In this document: piece by piece, positions 1 to 8,639 of the stretch
Layout of the letters: every line of letters begins with the position of its first letter
How positions within the stretch are numbered: the first letter of the stretch is position 1
Origin: Akkermansia muciniphila
GTDB lineage: Bacteria > Verrucomicrobiota > Verrucomicrobiia > Limisphaerales > UBA9464
Assembly: GCA_945883815.1 (NCBI GenBank)
Contig: CAMCYJ010000007.1
Span: forward strand, 11,717 to 75,716
Length of the DNA stretch: 64,000 nt
Reading direction: 5' to 3'
Translations under genes and position numbers: made by a program
The notes under the pieces: model-generated
Database searches by the model: none
What the model was told of the DNA's origin: nothing
The model's input: only the letters and a program-made list of their open reading frames with translations

Positions 1-2
1 GC

Positions 3-596
3 ATGCTCTGGGTCGGCTGGTACGGCTTCAATGCGGGTTCCGCACTCGGCGCCGACGCCATCGCCTCCAACGCCTTCACCACCACCACCTTGGCCGCCGC
101 CACCGCCGGTTTCGTCTGGCCCATGATCGAGTGGATCACCCGCGGCAAGCCCAGCGTCCTCGGATTCTGCTCGGGCATCGTCGCTGGTCTGGTTGTTGTC
201 ACTCCGGCCTGCGGCTTCGTCACCCCGACCTCCGCGGTCATCATCGGCGTCCTGGCCGGCATCGTGCCCTACCTGGCCTGCTCCTACCTCAAGAAGTTGA
301 TCGGTTATGATGATGCTCTGGACACCTTCGGCGTGCACGGCGTCGGCGGCACCTTGGGAGCCATACTCACCGGCATCATGGCTGACGAAAAGGCCAACTC
401 GGTGGTTGGAGGCCTGAAGGAAGGTCTGCTCGGTGCCCAGCTCAAGGCGGTCCTCCTGACCATCGTTTGGAGCGTCGTGGCCACGGCCATCATCGCCTAC
501 ATTGTGAAGGCGGTCGTCGGACTCCGCCCGACCGAGGAAGTCGAAGTCAACGGGCTCGACCTCGCCGAACACGGCGAAGAGGGCTATCACGGCTGA
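3..596 (+). CDS. amtB: Ammonium transporter (Amt family), C-terminal part; gene starts before the window
   Basis: LWVGWYGFNAGS, SGIVAGLVVVTPACGFV, DDALDTFGVHGVGG and C-terminal GLDLAEHGEEGY are typical Amt motifs. Confidence 0.95.
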   Translation: MLWVGWYGFNAGSALGADAIASNAFTTTTLAAATAGFVWPMIEWITRGKPSVLGFCSGIVAGLVVVTPACGFVTPTSAVIIGVLAGIVPYLACSYLKKLIGYDDALDTFGVHGVGGTLGAILTGIMADEKANSVVGGLKEGLLGAQLKAVLLTIVWSVVATAIIAYIVKAVVGLRPTEEVEVNGLDLAEHGEEGYHG

Positions 597-623
597 TCCT
601 TCGGGCAACCCGATTATCCTCTC

Positions 624-654
624 AGGCCGCACCGGGAAATCGGTGCGGCCTTTT
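624..654 (+). terminator. Rho-independent terminator after amt
   Basis: AGGCCGCACCG-GGAAAT-CGGTGCGGCCT stem-loop followed by TTT. Confidence 0.8.
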
Positions 655-708
655 GCTGTTCCGACCGCGGATGGACCCACGGAATCTGCAGGACTCCTAC
701 CACTAGGG

Positions 709-1557
709 TCAGGCGCCTCCTACTTCGATCACCAAGGCCGTGGTATTGTCCCGACCACTGGCCGCCACGGATGCTTCGACCAAGCGCTGCCCCAGTCTTT
801 CCTGCGTTCCAGCCACACCGGCTGACCCGAGCAGGTCCAGGAGATGCGCATCATACAAGCCGTCGACCAAACCGTCGGAGCAAATCAGGAATCGATCCCC
901 CGCAGAATAGGCTATAGAGCCAATCTGAGGATCCACGAACTGATTACCGCCACCCAATGCCTTCTGAAGCACATTCCTTCTCGGGTGGGTTCTGGCCTCG
1001 CGCTCGTTGATCTTCCCCTGCCGGTGCAGCCAGCCCACGTGGGTGTCGTCTTCAGTGAGTTGGCGGATGCCTCCGGCGGCAGGCAGGTGGTAGATCCGAC
1101 TGTCGCCGACATGGGCAAAGTGCAGAAGTCCCGGGGCAAACCAACACAAGCTCAGGGTCGTCTCCATGCCATGGCACTCCTCATAGCTTCGCCCCAGGTA
1201 GACCAAGGCCTTGTGAATTTCCCGAAAGAGCGCCTGCAAAAGCACCCCGGCTGAATCGGCCTCTGAATGCCCCGATGCCGTGCGGAACCCCTTCGGCAGA
1301 ATCTGGGGAACCTTTTCAACGGCGATCCGACTGGCAAATTCCCCCGCTTGCGCGCCCCCCATCCCATCGCTGACGGCAAAGACGAAATCGGCCGTCTGGA
1401 GCGTCGATTGTCCTTCCTTGCCCAAACGTTCCAGCTCTTGCCGGTTGAACCGCAACCCCACGAAGGAATCCTCGTTATTCGCACGAACCTTCCCTCGGTC
1501 GGAACAACCGGACCAATGCAGGCGGAAGTGGGCGATATCGCGGGCCATGGCATTCAT
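709..1557 (-). CDS. PP2C/PPM-family Ser/Thr protein phosphatase
   Basis: R..NEDS, VSDGMGG, HVGDSRIY, LICSDGL and GRDNTT metal-binding motifs. Confidence 0.93.
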   Translation of the reverse strand: MNAMARDIAHFRLHWSGCSDRGKVRANNEDSFVGLRFNRQELERLGKEGQSTLQTADFVFAVSDGMGGAQAGEFASRIAVEKVPQILPKGFRTASGHSEADSAGVLLQALFREIHKALVYLGRSYEECHGMETTLSLCWFAPGLLHFAHVGDSRIYHLPAAGGIRQLTEDDTHVGWLHRQGKINEREARTHPRRNVLQKALGGGNQFVDPQIGSIAYSAGDRFLICSDGLVDGLYDAHLLDLLGSAGVAGTQERLGQRLVEASVAASGRDNTTALVIEVGGA

Positions 1558-1587
1558 TGATGAGACCTCAGGGGATGGTGATGCCGA

Positions 1588-1962
1588 TCAGTTCAGCAAG
1601 GTCGCAAATTCGAAATCAATGATGCAAAATCGACCGTCGGATCTCCGGTAGGTGACATTGCGAATATCCTGGTCGTCGTGCCGGACGCCATAGGTCTCCA
1701 GTTCAGCAAAAAGGCTTCGAAGCCGCTCAGCATCCAAGTGTTCGACCCGTTGCCCACAATTGGTCGTGACGATCTGAGGAAGGGTCGAGGTTTCAGCGAT
1801 CAGTCGAGGCACGAAGGGGCACCCTCGCGCTTCCAGGAATTTCAGCACTTTCACCTCGGTTTCGAATCGCATGGCGGCATCGGGCCCATGATAGGTCTTG
1901 ATCACCCGCCCATCAAAGCTTAGGTGGACCGTGGACCGCAGTGTGTCTTTGACCTTCAGCAT
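1588..1962 (-). CDS. Minimal protein-kinase-like protein (124 aa; RIO/Bud32/Kdo-like core)
   Basis: VIK (beta3 Lys), RFETE (alphaC Glu), HDDQDIRN (HxDxxxxN catalytic loop) and IIDFE (DFG-like); 30 bp upstream of the PP2C gene on the same strand. Confidence 0.8.
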   Translation of the reverse strand: MLKVKDTLRSTVHLSFDGRVIKTYHGPDAAMRFETEVKVLKFLEARGCPFVPRLIAETSTLPQIVTTNCGQRVEHLDAERLRSLFAELETYGVRHDDQDIRNVTYRRSDGRFCIIDFEFATLLN

Positions 1963-2232
1963 GAGCGTTGAAGAACTCTAGCCGGCCAACGCTCATCCAG
2001 CCAGCGAGGAAGCCGAAGACGAATCCATCCACGCACCCAACAGTGCCCCCTCCTGTTCTGAATTCTTCAACAACCGGGCCGATGGATTGGTTGTTTTTAT
2101 TCACCCAGACCAACAACAAACATCCGTCTATCGGTCTTCGCGCAAAATTTGTAGGCGAGCACGCTCGCTGAGTTTATTGTTTTCTGCAGAAACGTCCCAT
2201 TTCCCCAGGCGGGAAGTGCAGTGAACGAATCA

Positions 2233-2248
2233 TGGCACCTGCCCTGCT
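2233..2248 (+). promoter_or_regulatory. Putative sigma-54 (-24/-12) promoter of glnII
   Basis: TGGCAC-CTGCC-CTGCT matches TGGCAC-N5-TTGCW with correct GG/GC spacing, about 55 bp upstream of the glnII ATG. Confidence 0.65.
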
Positions 2249-2301
2249 TCATGAATTCGCTGCATCGGGACGATTCGTTGCAGTCACTACCATTTACATC
2301 C

Positions 2302-3330
2302 ATGGCTAAATACAAATTGGAATACATCTGGCTCGATGGTTACCAGCCAGTCCCCAACCTCCGCGGCAAAACCCAGATCAAAGAGTTCGAAAGCTTTCCG
2401 AAGCTGGCAGAATTGCCCCTCTGGAACTTCGACGGCAGTTCCACCCGTCAGGCCGAGGGACGTAGCTCCGACTGTGTTCTCAAGCCGGTGGCCGTTTATC
2501 CCGACAGCACCCGCAAGAACGGGGCATTGGTGATGTGCGAAGTGATGATGCCCGATGGCGTGACCCCTCACCCCTCGAACACCCGCGCGACGATCCTCGA
2601 TGACCCCGGCGCCTGGTTCGGCTTCGAGCAAGAATACTTCCTGTACCGGGATGGACGCCCGTTGGGTTTCCCGGCCGGTGCCGACAATTTCCCGTTCCCC
2701 CAGGGCGAGTACTACACCGGCGTTGGCTACAAGGCCGTCGGTGACGTCGCACGCGAAATCGTCGAGGAGCACCTCGAACAGTGCCTCGATGCCGGTATCA
2801 ACCACGAGGGCATCAACGCCGAAGTGGCCAAGGGCCAGTGGGAGTTCCAGATCTTTGGCAAGGGCTCCAAGACCGCAGCTGATCAGGTCTGGATCGCCCG
2901 TTACATGCTCATGCGCCTGTGTGAGAAGTACGGCGTCGACGTGAACTGGCACTGCAAGCCCCTGGGCAAGGACGTGGATTGGAACGGTTCGGGCATGCAC
3001 TCGAACTTCTCCACCACCTACATGCGCGAGACGGGCGGCCAAGCTTACTTCGAGGCCCTCATGGCTGCGTTCGACAAGTACAAGAACGAGCACATCGCCG
3101 TTTACGGCCCCGACAACCACCTGCGCCTGACCGGTTTGCACGAGACCCAGTCCATCGATAAGTTCAGCTACGGCGTGGCCAACCGCGGCGCCTCGATCCG
3201 CGTCCCTCACAGCTTCGTCAACAACGGCTACAAGGGCTACGTCGAAGACCGTCGTCCGAACTCCCAGGGCGACCCGTACGCGATCGCCAGCCGCATCCTC
3301 CAGACGATCGCCACGGTCCCCACTCCGTGA
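2302..3330 (+). CDS. glnII: Glutamine synthetase type II (eukaryote-like GSII)
   Basis: MAKYKLEYIWLDG start (ATG 2302), WNFDGSST, GINAEVAKGQWEFQI, WNGSGMHSNFS, RLTGLHET, NRGASIRVP and EDRRP; 342 aa, the GSII size class. Confidence 0.93.
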   Translation: MAKYKLEYIWLDGYQPVPNLRGKTQIKEFESFPKLAELPLWNFDGSSTRQAEGRSSDCVLKPVAVYPDSTRKNGALVMCEVMMPDGVTPHPSNTRATILDDPGAWFGFEQEYFLYRDGRPLGFPAGADNFPFPQGEYYTGVGYKAVGDVAREIVEEHLEQCLDAGINHEGINAEVAKGQWEFQIFGKGSKTAADQVWIARYMLMRLCEKYGVDVNWHCKPLGKDVDWNGSGMHSNFSTTYMRETGGQAYFEALMAAFDKYKNEHIAVYGPDNHLRLTGLHETQSIDKFSYGVANRGASIRVPHSFVNNGYKGYVEDRRPNSQGDPYAIASRILQTIATVPTP

Positions 3331-3372
3331 TGGACCGAGGCGTCTGAGCGCGCCGCCTGAAATGACTCTGAC

Positions 3373-3399
3373 AAACCCGGGCGATTGCCCGGGTTTTTT
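3373..3399 (+). terminator. Rho-independent terminator after glnII
   Basis: AAACCCGGGC-GATT-GCCCGGGTTT followed by a T-run. Confidence 0.85.
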
Positions 3400-3559
3400 C
3401 TTTCTCGGAAGCGGCGCTGAAAACCGCCAATAAAAAACACCCAATGCGTCAGAATCACGCAGCCCACGCAGAGGTATTCTGCGAAAGTCGCCAAAAGACC
3501 AATGAAACGACTGTTTTGGGTGGATGGCACCTCCTGAGCTTAAAATGGGACAAATGGCG

Positions 3560-3587
3560 TTGACACCCTAGGTTGACTGCCTAGAGT
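3560..3587 (+). promoter_or_regulatory. Putative sigma-70 promoter of the prepilin-type gene
   Basis: TTGACA-N16-TAGAGT about 40 bp upstream of ATG 3627. Confidence 0.55.
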
Positions 3588-3626
3588 CGCCGCCACCTTA
3601 AGCCTTTAACTTCACACTACAATCCT

Positions 3627-4388
3627 ATGAATCGTCTCCGCAAACAACGTCTCGGCGCCTTCACGCTGATCGAGTTGCTCGTCGTTATCGCCATCATCGC
3701 GATTCTGGCCGGCATGCTCTTGCCTGCTCTGGCCAAGGCAAAGTCCCGCGCCAACCGCATCTCCTGCGTTAACAACCTCAAGAACATCGGTCTGGCCTTC
3801 CGCACCTTCGCGGTGGACTTCGGTGGTGCTTATCCCTGGCAGGTCAGTCCCGATCAGGGGGGTGTCGCGCTCGTCAACGCCTCCGTGGCCGGCACCGTAG
3901 CCACCGCCATCTCGAACAACGTCACCGCCGCCTTCGCGGCCGTGTCGAACGAGTTGAGCACCCCGAAGATCGTCTGGTGCCCGTCCGACGGCAGCCGCTT
4001 CACCGCCTCCAACACCTGGGTGGGCGTGCAGCGCTTGGCCTTCGCCAACAACCAAAAGGTTCCGAGCTACTTCCTCGGCACCACCGCCACTGAAGAGCAG
4101 CCCCAGAGCATCTTGGGCGGCGACCGCAATATCACCAACGGATTGACCGAGGCAGCACTGGCTGGTAAGCACGTCATCTTCGCGACCCCCGACGCCAATG
4201 GGGCTATCGCCGTCGCGACCCTGAACAAGATCGGCTACACCAGCTCGATCCACCAGAACGCCGGCAACATCCTCTTGGGCGACGGCTCCGTGCAGCAGGT
4301 TTCCTCGGGCCGCGTCCGCGATCAGATCCGCGACGCCGCCGCCAACTCCGGCGCGCAGAACTTCATCTTCCCGGCTGCTGGCAACTAA
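3627..4388 (+). CDS. Prepilin-type N-terminal cleavage/methylation domain protein with H-X9-DG motif
   Basis: GA|[24 protein letters not shown] class III signal; C-terminal [12 protein letters not shown]. Confidence 0.9.
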   Translation: MNRLRKQRLGAFTLIELLVVIAIIAILAGMLLPALAKAKSRANRISCVNNLKNIGLAFRTFAVDFGGAYPWQVSPDQGGVALVNASVAGTVATAISNNVTAAFAAVSNELSTPKIVWCPSDGSRFTASNTWVGVQRLAFANNQKVPSYFLGTTATEEQPQSILGGDRNITNGLTEAALAGKHVIFATPDANGAIAVATLNKIGYTSSIHQNAGNILLGDGSVQQVSSGRVRDQIRDAAANSGAQNFIFPAAGN

Positions 4389-4428
4389 GTTGTCTACATC
4401 GGATTTAGCCCTTCTGGGCTGAACACAC

Positions 4429-4457
4429 AAAAGGCACCCCGACAGGGGTGCCTTTTT
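4429..4457 (+). terminator. Rho-independent terminator after the prepilin-type gene
   Basis: AAAAGGCACCCC-GACA-GGGGTGCCTTTTT. Confidence 0.85.
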
Positions 4458-4740
4458 GTTTTACCGATGTGGTTTTCCCCAAAGTACTTTTCCCGCTCGA
4501 GTTTTCTCGATCGGGCTCTCGGGCCAGTGCCCGAGGACATTCTGGAAGCTAAGAGATCATCGCAATCGAATCGCCCAGCAATGTCTCAGCGAGAAATTGA
4601 CCGCTTGTGAGAGCGGTCGAAAGACAGGCAAACGAGCGCTTGCGAAGCTCACTTTGCGACATACCCGGTCGGCATGAGTCCACACCATTACCGCCTCAGT
4701 TGTTCGTCTGAGCCAACGATTTCTGTTGGATCGGCACAAC

Positions 4741-5700
4741 CTAGGACCCCGCCAGATCGTTCAGGATCTCATCGAGCCTCCGTCTAGGGCGAAACCCCGT
4801 AAGACGCTCCAGCAACTTCAAGCTGGGCCTGCGGTGACGCATGTCCTCAAAACCCGGACCGAAAACGGTCTCATAGGCAACCAACTCCACCTGAGATGCC
4901 GAACGCATCACCCGGATCACCTGCTCTGCCAGTTCCCGGATCTCCACCGGTTGATCGTTGCCCACGTTCACCACCTGACCCACAGCCTCCGGGGAATGCA
5001 TCAAACGAATGACCGCTTCAACGGAATCGGCAACATGGCAGAAACATCGGGACTGACGGCCGTCGCCGTAGACCTGCACCGGTCGACCCGCTCGGGCCGC
5101 GTCCACAAAGCGCGGAATGACCATGCCGTAGGCTCCGGTTTGTCGTGGACCCACGGTGTTGAAGAAACGCACAACGCGCACCGGCAGCCCACGCTCGCGA
5201 TGATAGGCCATCGCCAAAAACTCATCCATCAACTTGGAGCAGGCATAACTCCAGCGCCCCAAAGTCGATGGCCCGATGAGCAGGTCGTCGGTTTCCGAAA
5301 ACTCCGGCTGGGAACTCTTTCCGTAGACCTCCGAAGTCGAGGCCAGCAAGACAGGCGTCCGGCTCTTGGAAGCCGCTGCCAGCACGACCTCAGTTTCTCC
5401 CAAATTGGTTTCGATCGTTTGAATGGGCGACCGCATCACCTGTTCCACGCCTACGACCGCCGCAAGATGAACCACCATCGCGGCATCGGCCACGAGTGAT
5501 TCCAAGTCTTGGCATTCCGACACCTTACAGGCGCGGAAACTGAACCGGGGATTCCTCTCGGCCGACGTCAGATTGGAACGGGAACCCGTGGACAAATCAT
5601 CCACGACGATCACCTGCTCTCCCGCCTCCAGCAGACGGTCGGTCAAGTGCGATCCGATGAAGCCCGCGCCACCGGTCACCACGATGGGTTTACCATGCAC
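4741..5700 (-). CDS. NAD-dependent nucleotide-sugar epimerase/dehydratase (extended SDR, UDP-glucuronate decarboxylase/GalE-like); start uncertain (GTG 5700 or 5739)
   Basis: VTGGAGFIG, STSEVYG, YACSK (YxxxK), RFFNTVGPRQ and VYGDGRQSRCF. Confidence 0.9.
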   Translation of the reverse strand: MHGKPIVVTGGAGFIGSHLTDRLLEAGEQVIVVDDLSTGSRSNLTSAERNPRFSFRACKVSECQDLESLVADAAMVVHLAAVVGVEQVMRSPIQTIETNLGETEVVLAAASKSRTPVLLASTSEVYGKSSQPEFSETDDLLIGPSTLGRWSYACSKLMDEFLAMAYHRERGLPVRVVRFFNTVGPRQTGAYGMVIPRFVDAARAGRPVQVYGDGRQSRCFCHVADSVEAVIRLMHSPEAVGQVVNVGNDQPVEIRELAEQVIRVMRSASQVELVAYETVFGPGFEDMRHRRPSLKLLERLTGFRPRRRLDEILNDLAGS

Positions 5701-5779
5701 CCCGCCAGCTTGCCGGGAAGCCGGATGGAAATGAAGCACTCAGACAAACCCGCAATGCGAACATGACGGGACAATCCCG

Positions 5780-5808
5780 TTGACACCCCGAAACCCGATT
5801 CCTAGCGT
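5780..5808 (+). promoter_or_regulatory. Putative sigma-70 promoter of the Pro/Ala-rich protein-trxA operon
   Basis: TTGACA-N17-TAGCGT just upstream of ATG 5824. Confidence 0.55.
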
Positions 5809-5823
5809 TTGGAAGTAAATCCT

Positions 5824-6243
5824 ATGTCCGAAACCACGCCTCCGGTCAACCCGCCCGCCGCTGCCGAACCCCAAAATCCGGCCGAGGCGTCCGCCCAGAA
5901 GAAGCAGACGGTTCGCATCAGCCTGCCACCGAAGCCCGCTGGCGGCCCGTCGATCCGTGTGCCTGTCGCTGCGGCTCCGGCTCCCGCCCCGGTGTCTGCC
6001 CCCGCTTCGCCGGCTGTGCCCGCTCCCGCTGCAGCCGTTGCTGCTGCTCCTGCGGCGTCCCACTCGGCTGCTCCGGCTGCCAAACCCGCCGCGCCTGCGG
6101 CCCCGGCTGCGAAGCCCGCAGCCCCGGTCAGCCGCCCGGCTGCCAAACCCGCCAGCATCAGTGGCCTCGACATGGGATTGGCCTTCGCCGCGATGGTCCT
6201 CGGCATTGCCGCCGTCGCCGTGCAATTCTTCGTTGCGAACTGA
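5824..6243 (+). CDS. Pro/Ala-rich hypothetical protein with a single C-terminal transmembrane helix
   Basis: Low-complexity PAAK/APA repeats, C-terminal GLAFAAMVLGIAAVAVQFFV; genome-like codon usage; 26 bp upstream of trxA. Confidence 0.75.
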   Translation: MSETTPPVNPPAAAEPQNPAEASAQKKQTVRISLPPKPAGGPSIRVPVAAAPAPAPVSAPASPAVPAPAAAVAAAPAASHSAAPAAKPAAPAAPAAKPAAPVSRPAAKPASISGLDMGLAFAAMVLGIAAVAVQFFVAN

Positions 6244-6269
6244 GTTCCTTAGGCTTTCTTCATCTCCTT

Positions 6270-6605
6270 ATGGCTGCTGCCAACATCATCACTGCGACCA
6301 CCGAGAACTTCCCCACCGAGATCATTGGGTCCGGACAACCCGTGCTGGTGGATTTTTGGGCCGAGTGGTGTGGCCCTTGCAAGATGCTCGGTCCGGTTCT
6401 CGACGAGCTGGCCACCGAATACGCCGGCAAGGCCAAGATCGCCAAGGTCAACATCGACGACTATCAGGACTTGGCCGGTCAGTTCGGCATCCGCTCCATC
6501 CCCACCCTGTTGCTCTTCAAGGGCGGTCAGGTGGTCGAACAGTCCGTGGGCCTTAAGTCCAAGAAGGATCTCAAGGCCAGCCTCGACCGAGCCATCGCCG
6601 GTTGA
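6270..6605 (+). CDS. trxA: Thioredoxin
   Basis: VLVDFWAEWCGPCK active site, cis-Pro loop SIPT, 111 aa. Confidence 0.96.
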   Translation: MAAANIITATTENFPTEIIGSGQPVLVDFWAEWCGPCKMLGPVLDELATEYAGKAKIAKVNIDDYQDLAGQFGIRSIPTLLLFKGGQVVEQSVGLKSKKDLKASLDRAIAG

Positions 6606-6631
6606 TCTGTCTCCAATCCCAACGTTTTTGC

Positions 6632-6663
6632 AAAAACCGCCCGGCAAACCCGGGCGGTTTTTT
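6632..6663. terminator. Bidirectional-type terminator between trxA and panC
   Basis: AAAAACCGCCCGG-CAAAC-CCGGGCGGTTTTTT. Confidence 0.85.
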
Positions 6664-6738
6664 CTTGGGTTACCCCCGGCCGCATATTTCTGGGAACGGG
6701 GGACGACAACCCTGATGCCATGCTAGGATCTGCGCCAA

Positions 6739-7605
6739 TCAGATCGGACCATTGTCAATGAGGCGTGTCTTGCCGACGAAGACCGCCAAAACGATGCGAT
6801 ACCCTCGGCGGACCGAGTCCACGGGCCGCAAGGTGTCCGGATCAACGAAGGCGACGTAGTCGAGGCGCGCGGCCGGACACTCGGCCACCAAGGATTCCAC
6901 TCCCTGGCGGAGCCGGGCTGATGGAATCCCCTGCGCACATCGCCGGACCTCCTGGCGGACCCATTGCTGGGAACGCCACAAGACCGCGGCTTGCGCTCGC
7001 TCCTCGGGTTGCAGGTAGCGGTTGCGCGAACTCATCGCCAGCCCGTCCGATTCCCGCGTGGTCGGTGCCACCACGATCCGGATCGGGAACTGGAGGTCTT
7101 TCACCATGCGCCGAATCACGGCCGCCTGCTGCCAGTCCTTGGCCCCAAAGACCGAAACCTCGGGCAAGACGCAGTTGAAGAGCTTGGCCACCACGGTGGT
7201 CACGCCCCGGAAATGGGTGGGACGCGAATCCCCCTCCAGACCCTGCGTCAACCCCTCCTCCACGACATAGGTGGAGTAATTCCCGTCGTCGCGCCCCGCA
7301 TACATGTCGCTGTCTTTCGGTGCAAAGATCACGTCTACCCCGGCCTCACGGCACAACTTGGAATCCCGGGCGAAGTCTCTGGGGTACTTGGCCAAATCTT
7401 CCGTCGGTGCGAACTGGGTGGGGTTCACATAAATGCTCACCACCACCAACCCATCGGGCCCGACCCGCCGCCGCGCCTCATGCACCAGACTCAAGTGACC
7501 AGCATGCAGATAACCCATGGTCGGCACAAAACCGACTCGGAGGCCTCGGCTCCGCCACTGCAGCGCCTGACGCTGCATGGCCTTGGGCGATCGGATGATT
7601 CGCAT
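6739..7605 (-). CDS. panC: Pantoate--beta-alanine ligase
   Basis: GFVPTMGYLHAGH, SIYVNPTQF, RPTHFRGV, FGAKDWQQ, DGLAMSSRN and TRLIDN. Confidence 0.96.
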   Translation of the reverse strand: MRIIRSPKAMQRQALQWRSRGLRVGFVPTMGYLHAGHLSLVHEARRRVGPDGLVVVSIYVNPTQFAPTEDLAKYPRDFARDSKLCREAGVDVIFAPKDSDMYAGRDDGNYSTYVVEEGLTQGLEGDSRPTHFRGVTTVVAKLFNCVLPEVSVFGAKDWQQAAVIRRMVKDLQFPIRIVVAPTTRESDGLAMSSRNRYLQPEERAQAAVLWRSQQWVRQEVRRCAQGIPSARLRQGVESLVAECPAARLDYVAFVDPDTLRPVDSVRRGYRIVLAVFVGKTRLIDNGPI

Positions 7606-7754
7606 GCCGAAAGCCTGCGCGCGACTGGGCGAAGTTCAAGCCCTCGGCGATCCAGGTCGGCGATCCAAGTCCTGGGCGCCTCCACGCTGTCCGGATTCCC
7701 GACCTTCTCGAACTCTTGTCGCGGCAGGACATCGGCCTATGATCCACCTCCGAC

Positions 7755-8570
7755 ATGACTCTGGAGTTCCTCAAGATGAGCGGGGCCGGCAACGACTTCA
7801 TCCTGCTCGACAACCGCAATGCCCGCATCGTGCTGACTCCGGAGCAGGTGGCCAAATTGTGCCACCGGCAGTTCGGCATCGGGGCCGACGGTTTGATGCT
7901 CCTGGTGCCCAGCCTCACCGGCAAGGCCGACTGGGCCTGGCGCTTCTACAACTCCGACGGATCCGATGCGGCCATGTGCGGCAACGGTGCCCGCTGCTTC
8001 GCGCGGTACATCCAACGCACCACGGGTTGGACCAAGCCCACGGTGACCTTCGAGACCGCCGCCGGTGTGATCACCGCCGAGTTCCAGGGAGAGCGGGTGA
8101 CCATCAACCTCACGGCTCCGCACGACTTCCGCTTGTCGGAAAAAGTCACGACGCAAGCCGGAGTCTTGGAGGTGAGTTCCATCAACACCGGCGTGCCGCA
8201 TGCCGTGGTCTTCGTGGAAGACGCCGACAAAGCCATGGTGCAGCCCTTGGGTTCGGAACTGCGCTGGCACGACCATTTTAAACCGCGGGGAACGAACGTG
8301 AATTTCGCACAAGTCCAAGGCCCCAACCAACTCCGCGTGCGAACCTATGAGCGCGGCGTCGAAGGAGAGACTCTGGCCTGCGGCACGGGTGTGACGGCCA
8401 GCGCTCTGGTCGCCTCCCGATTGCACGGCTTCACCTCACCGATCCGCATCCAAGTCCAAAGCGGTGACGAGTTGAGCGTTTCCTTCCAATCCGACGGCCA
8501 GGGAGGGTTCAGCGACGTCCGACTGGGCGGACCCGCCTCCTTCGTCTTCGAGGGACGGATCTTGATCTGA
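7755..8570 (+). CDS. dapF: Diaminopimelate epimerase
   Basis: FLKMSGAGNDF, GIGADG, MCGNGARC, NTGVPHAV and ERGVEGETLACGTG. Confidence 0.96.
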   Translation: MTLEFLKMSGAGNDFILLDNRNARIVLTPEQVAKLCHRQFGIGADGLMLLVPSLTGKADWAWRFYNSDGSDAAMCGNGARCFARYIQRTTGWTKPTVTFETAAGVITAEFQGERVTINLTAPHDFRLSEKVTTQAGVLEVSSINTGVPHAVVFVEDADKAMVQPLGSELRWHDHFKPRGTNVNFAQVQGPNQLRVRTYERGVEGETLACGTGVTASALVASRLHGFTSPIRIQVQSGDELSVSFQSDGQGGFSDVRLGGPASFVFEGRILI

Positions 8571-8639
8571 TCCATCGGGCACCACCCCGGAATCGGCTAA
8601 TGACACCCATGGCCGCACCCATGGCCGCGCCAGTGGAAT

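Noticed and set aside
1913-2119. 68-aa minus-strand ORF with a hydrophobic stretch upstream of the kinase
   Set aside because: It overlaps the kinase start by 50 bp in another frame, starts at TTG and has no recognisable family. It cannot be supported, though a small membrane peptide is not excluded.
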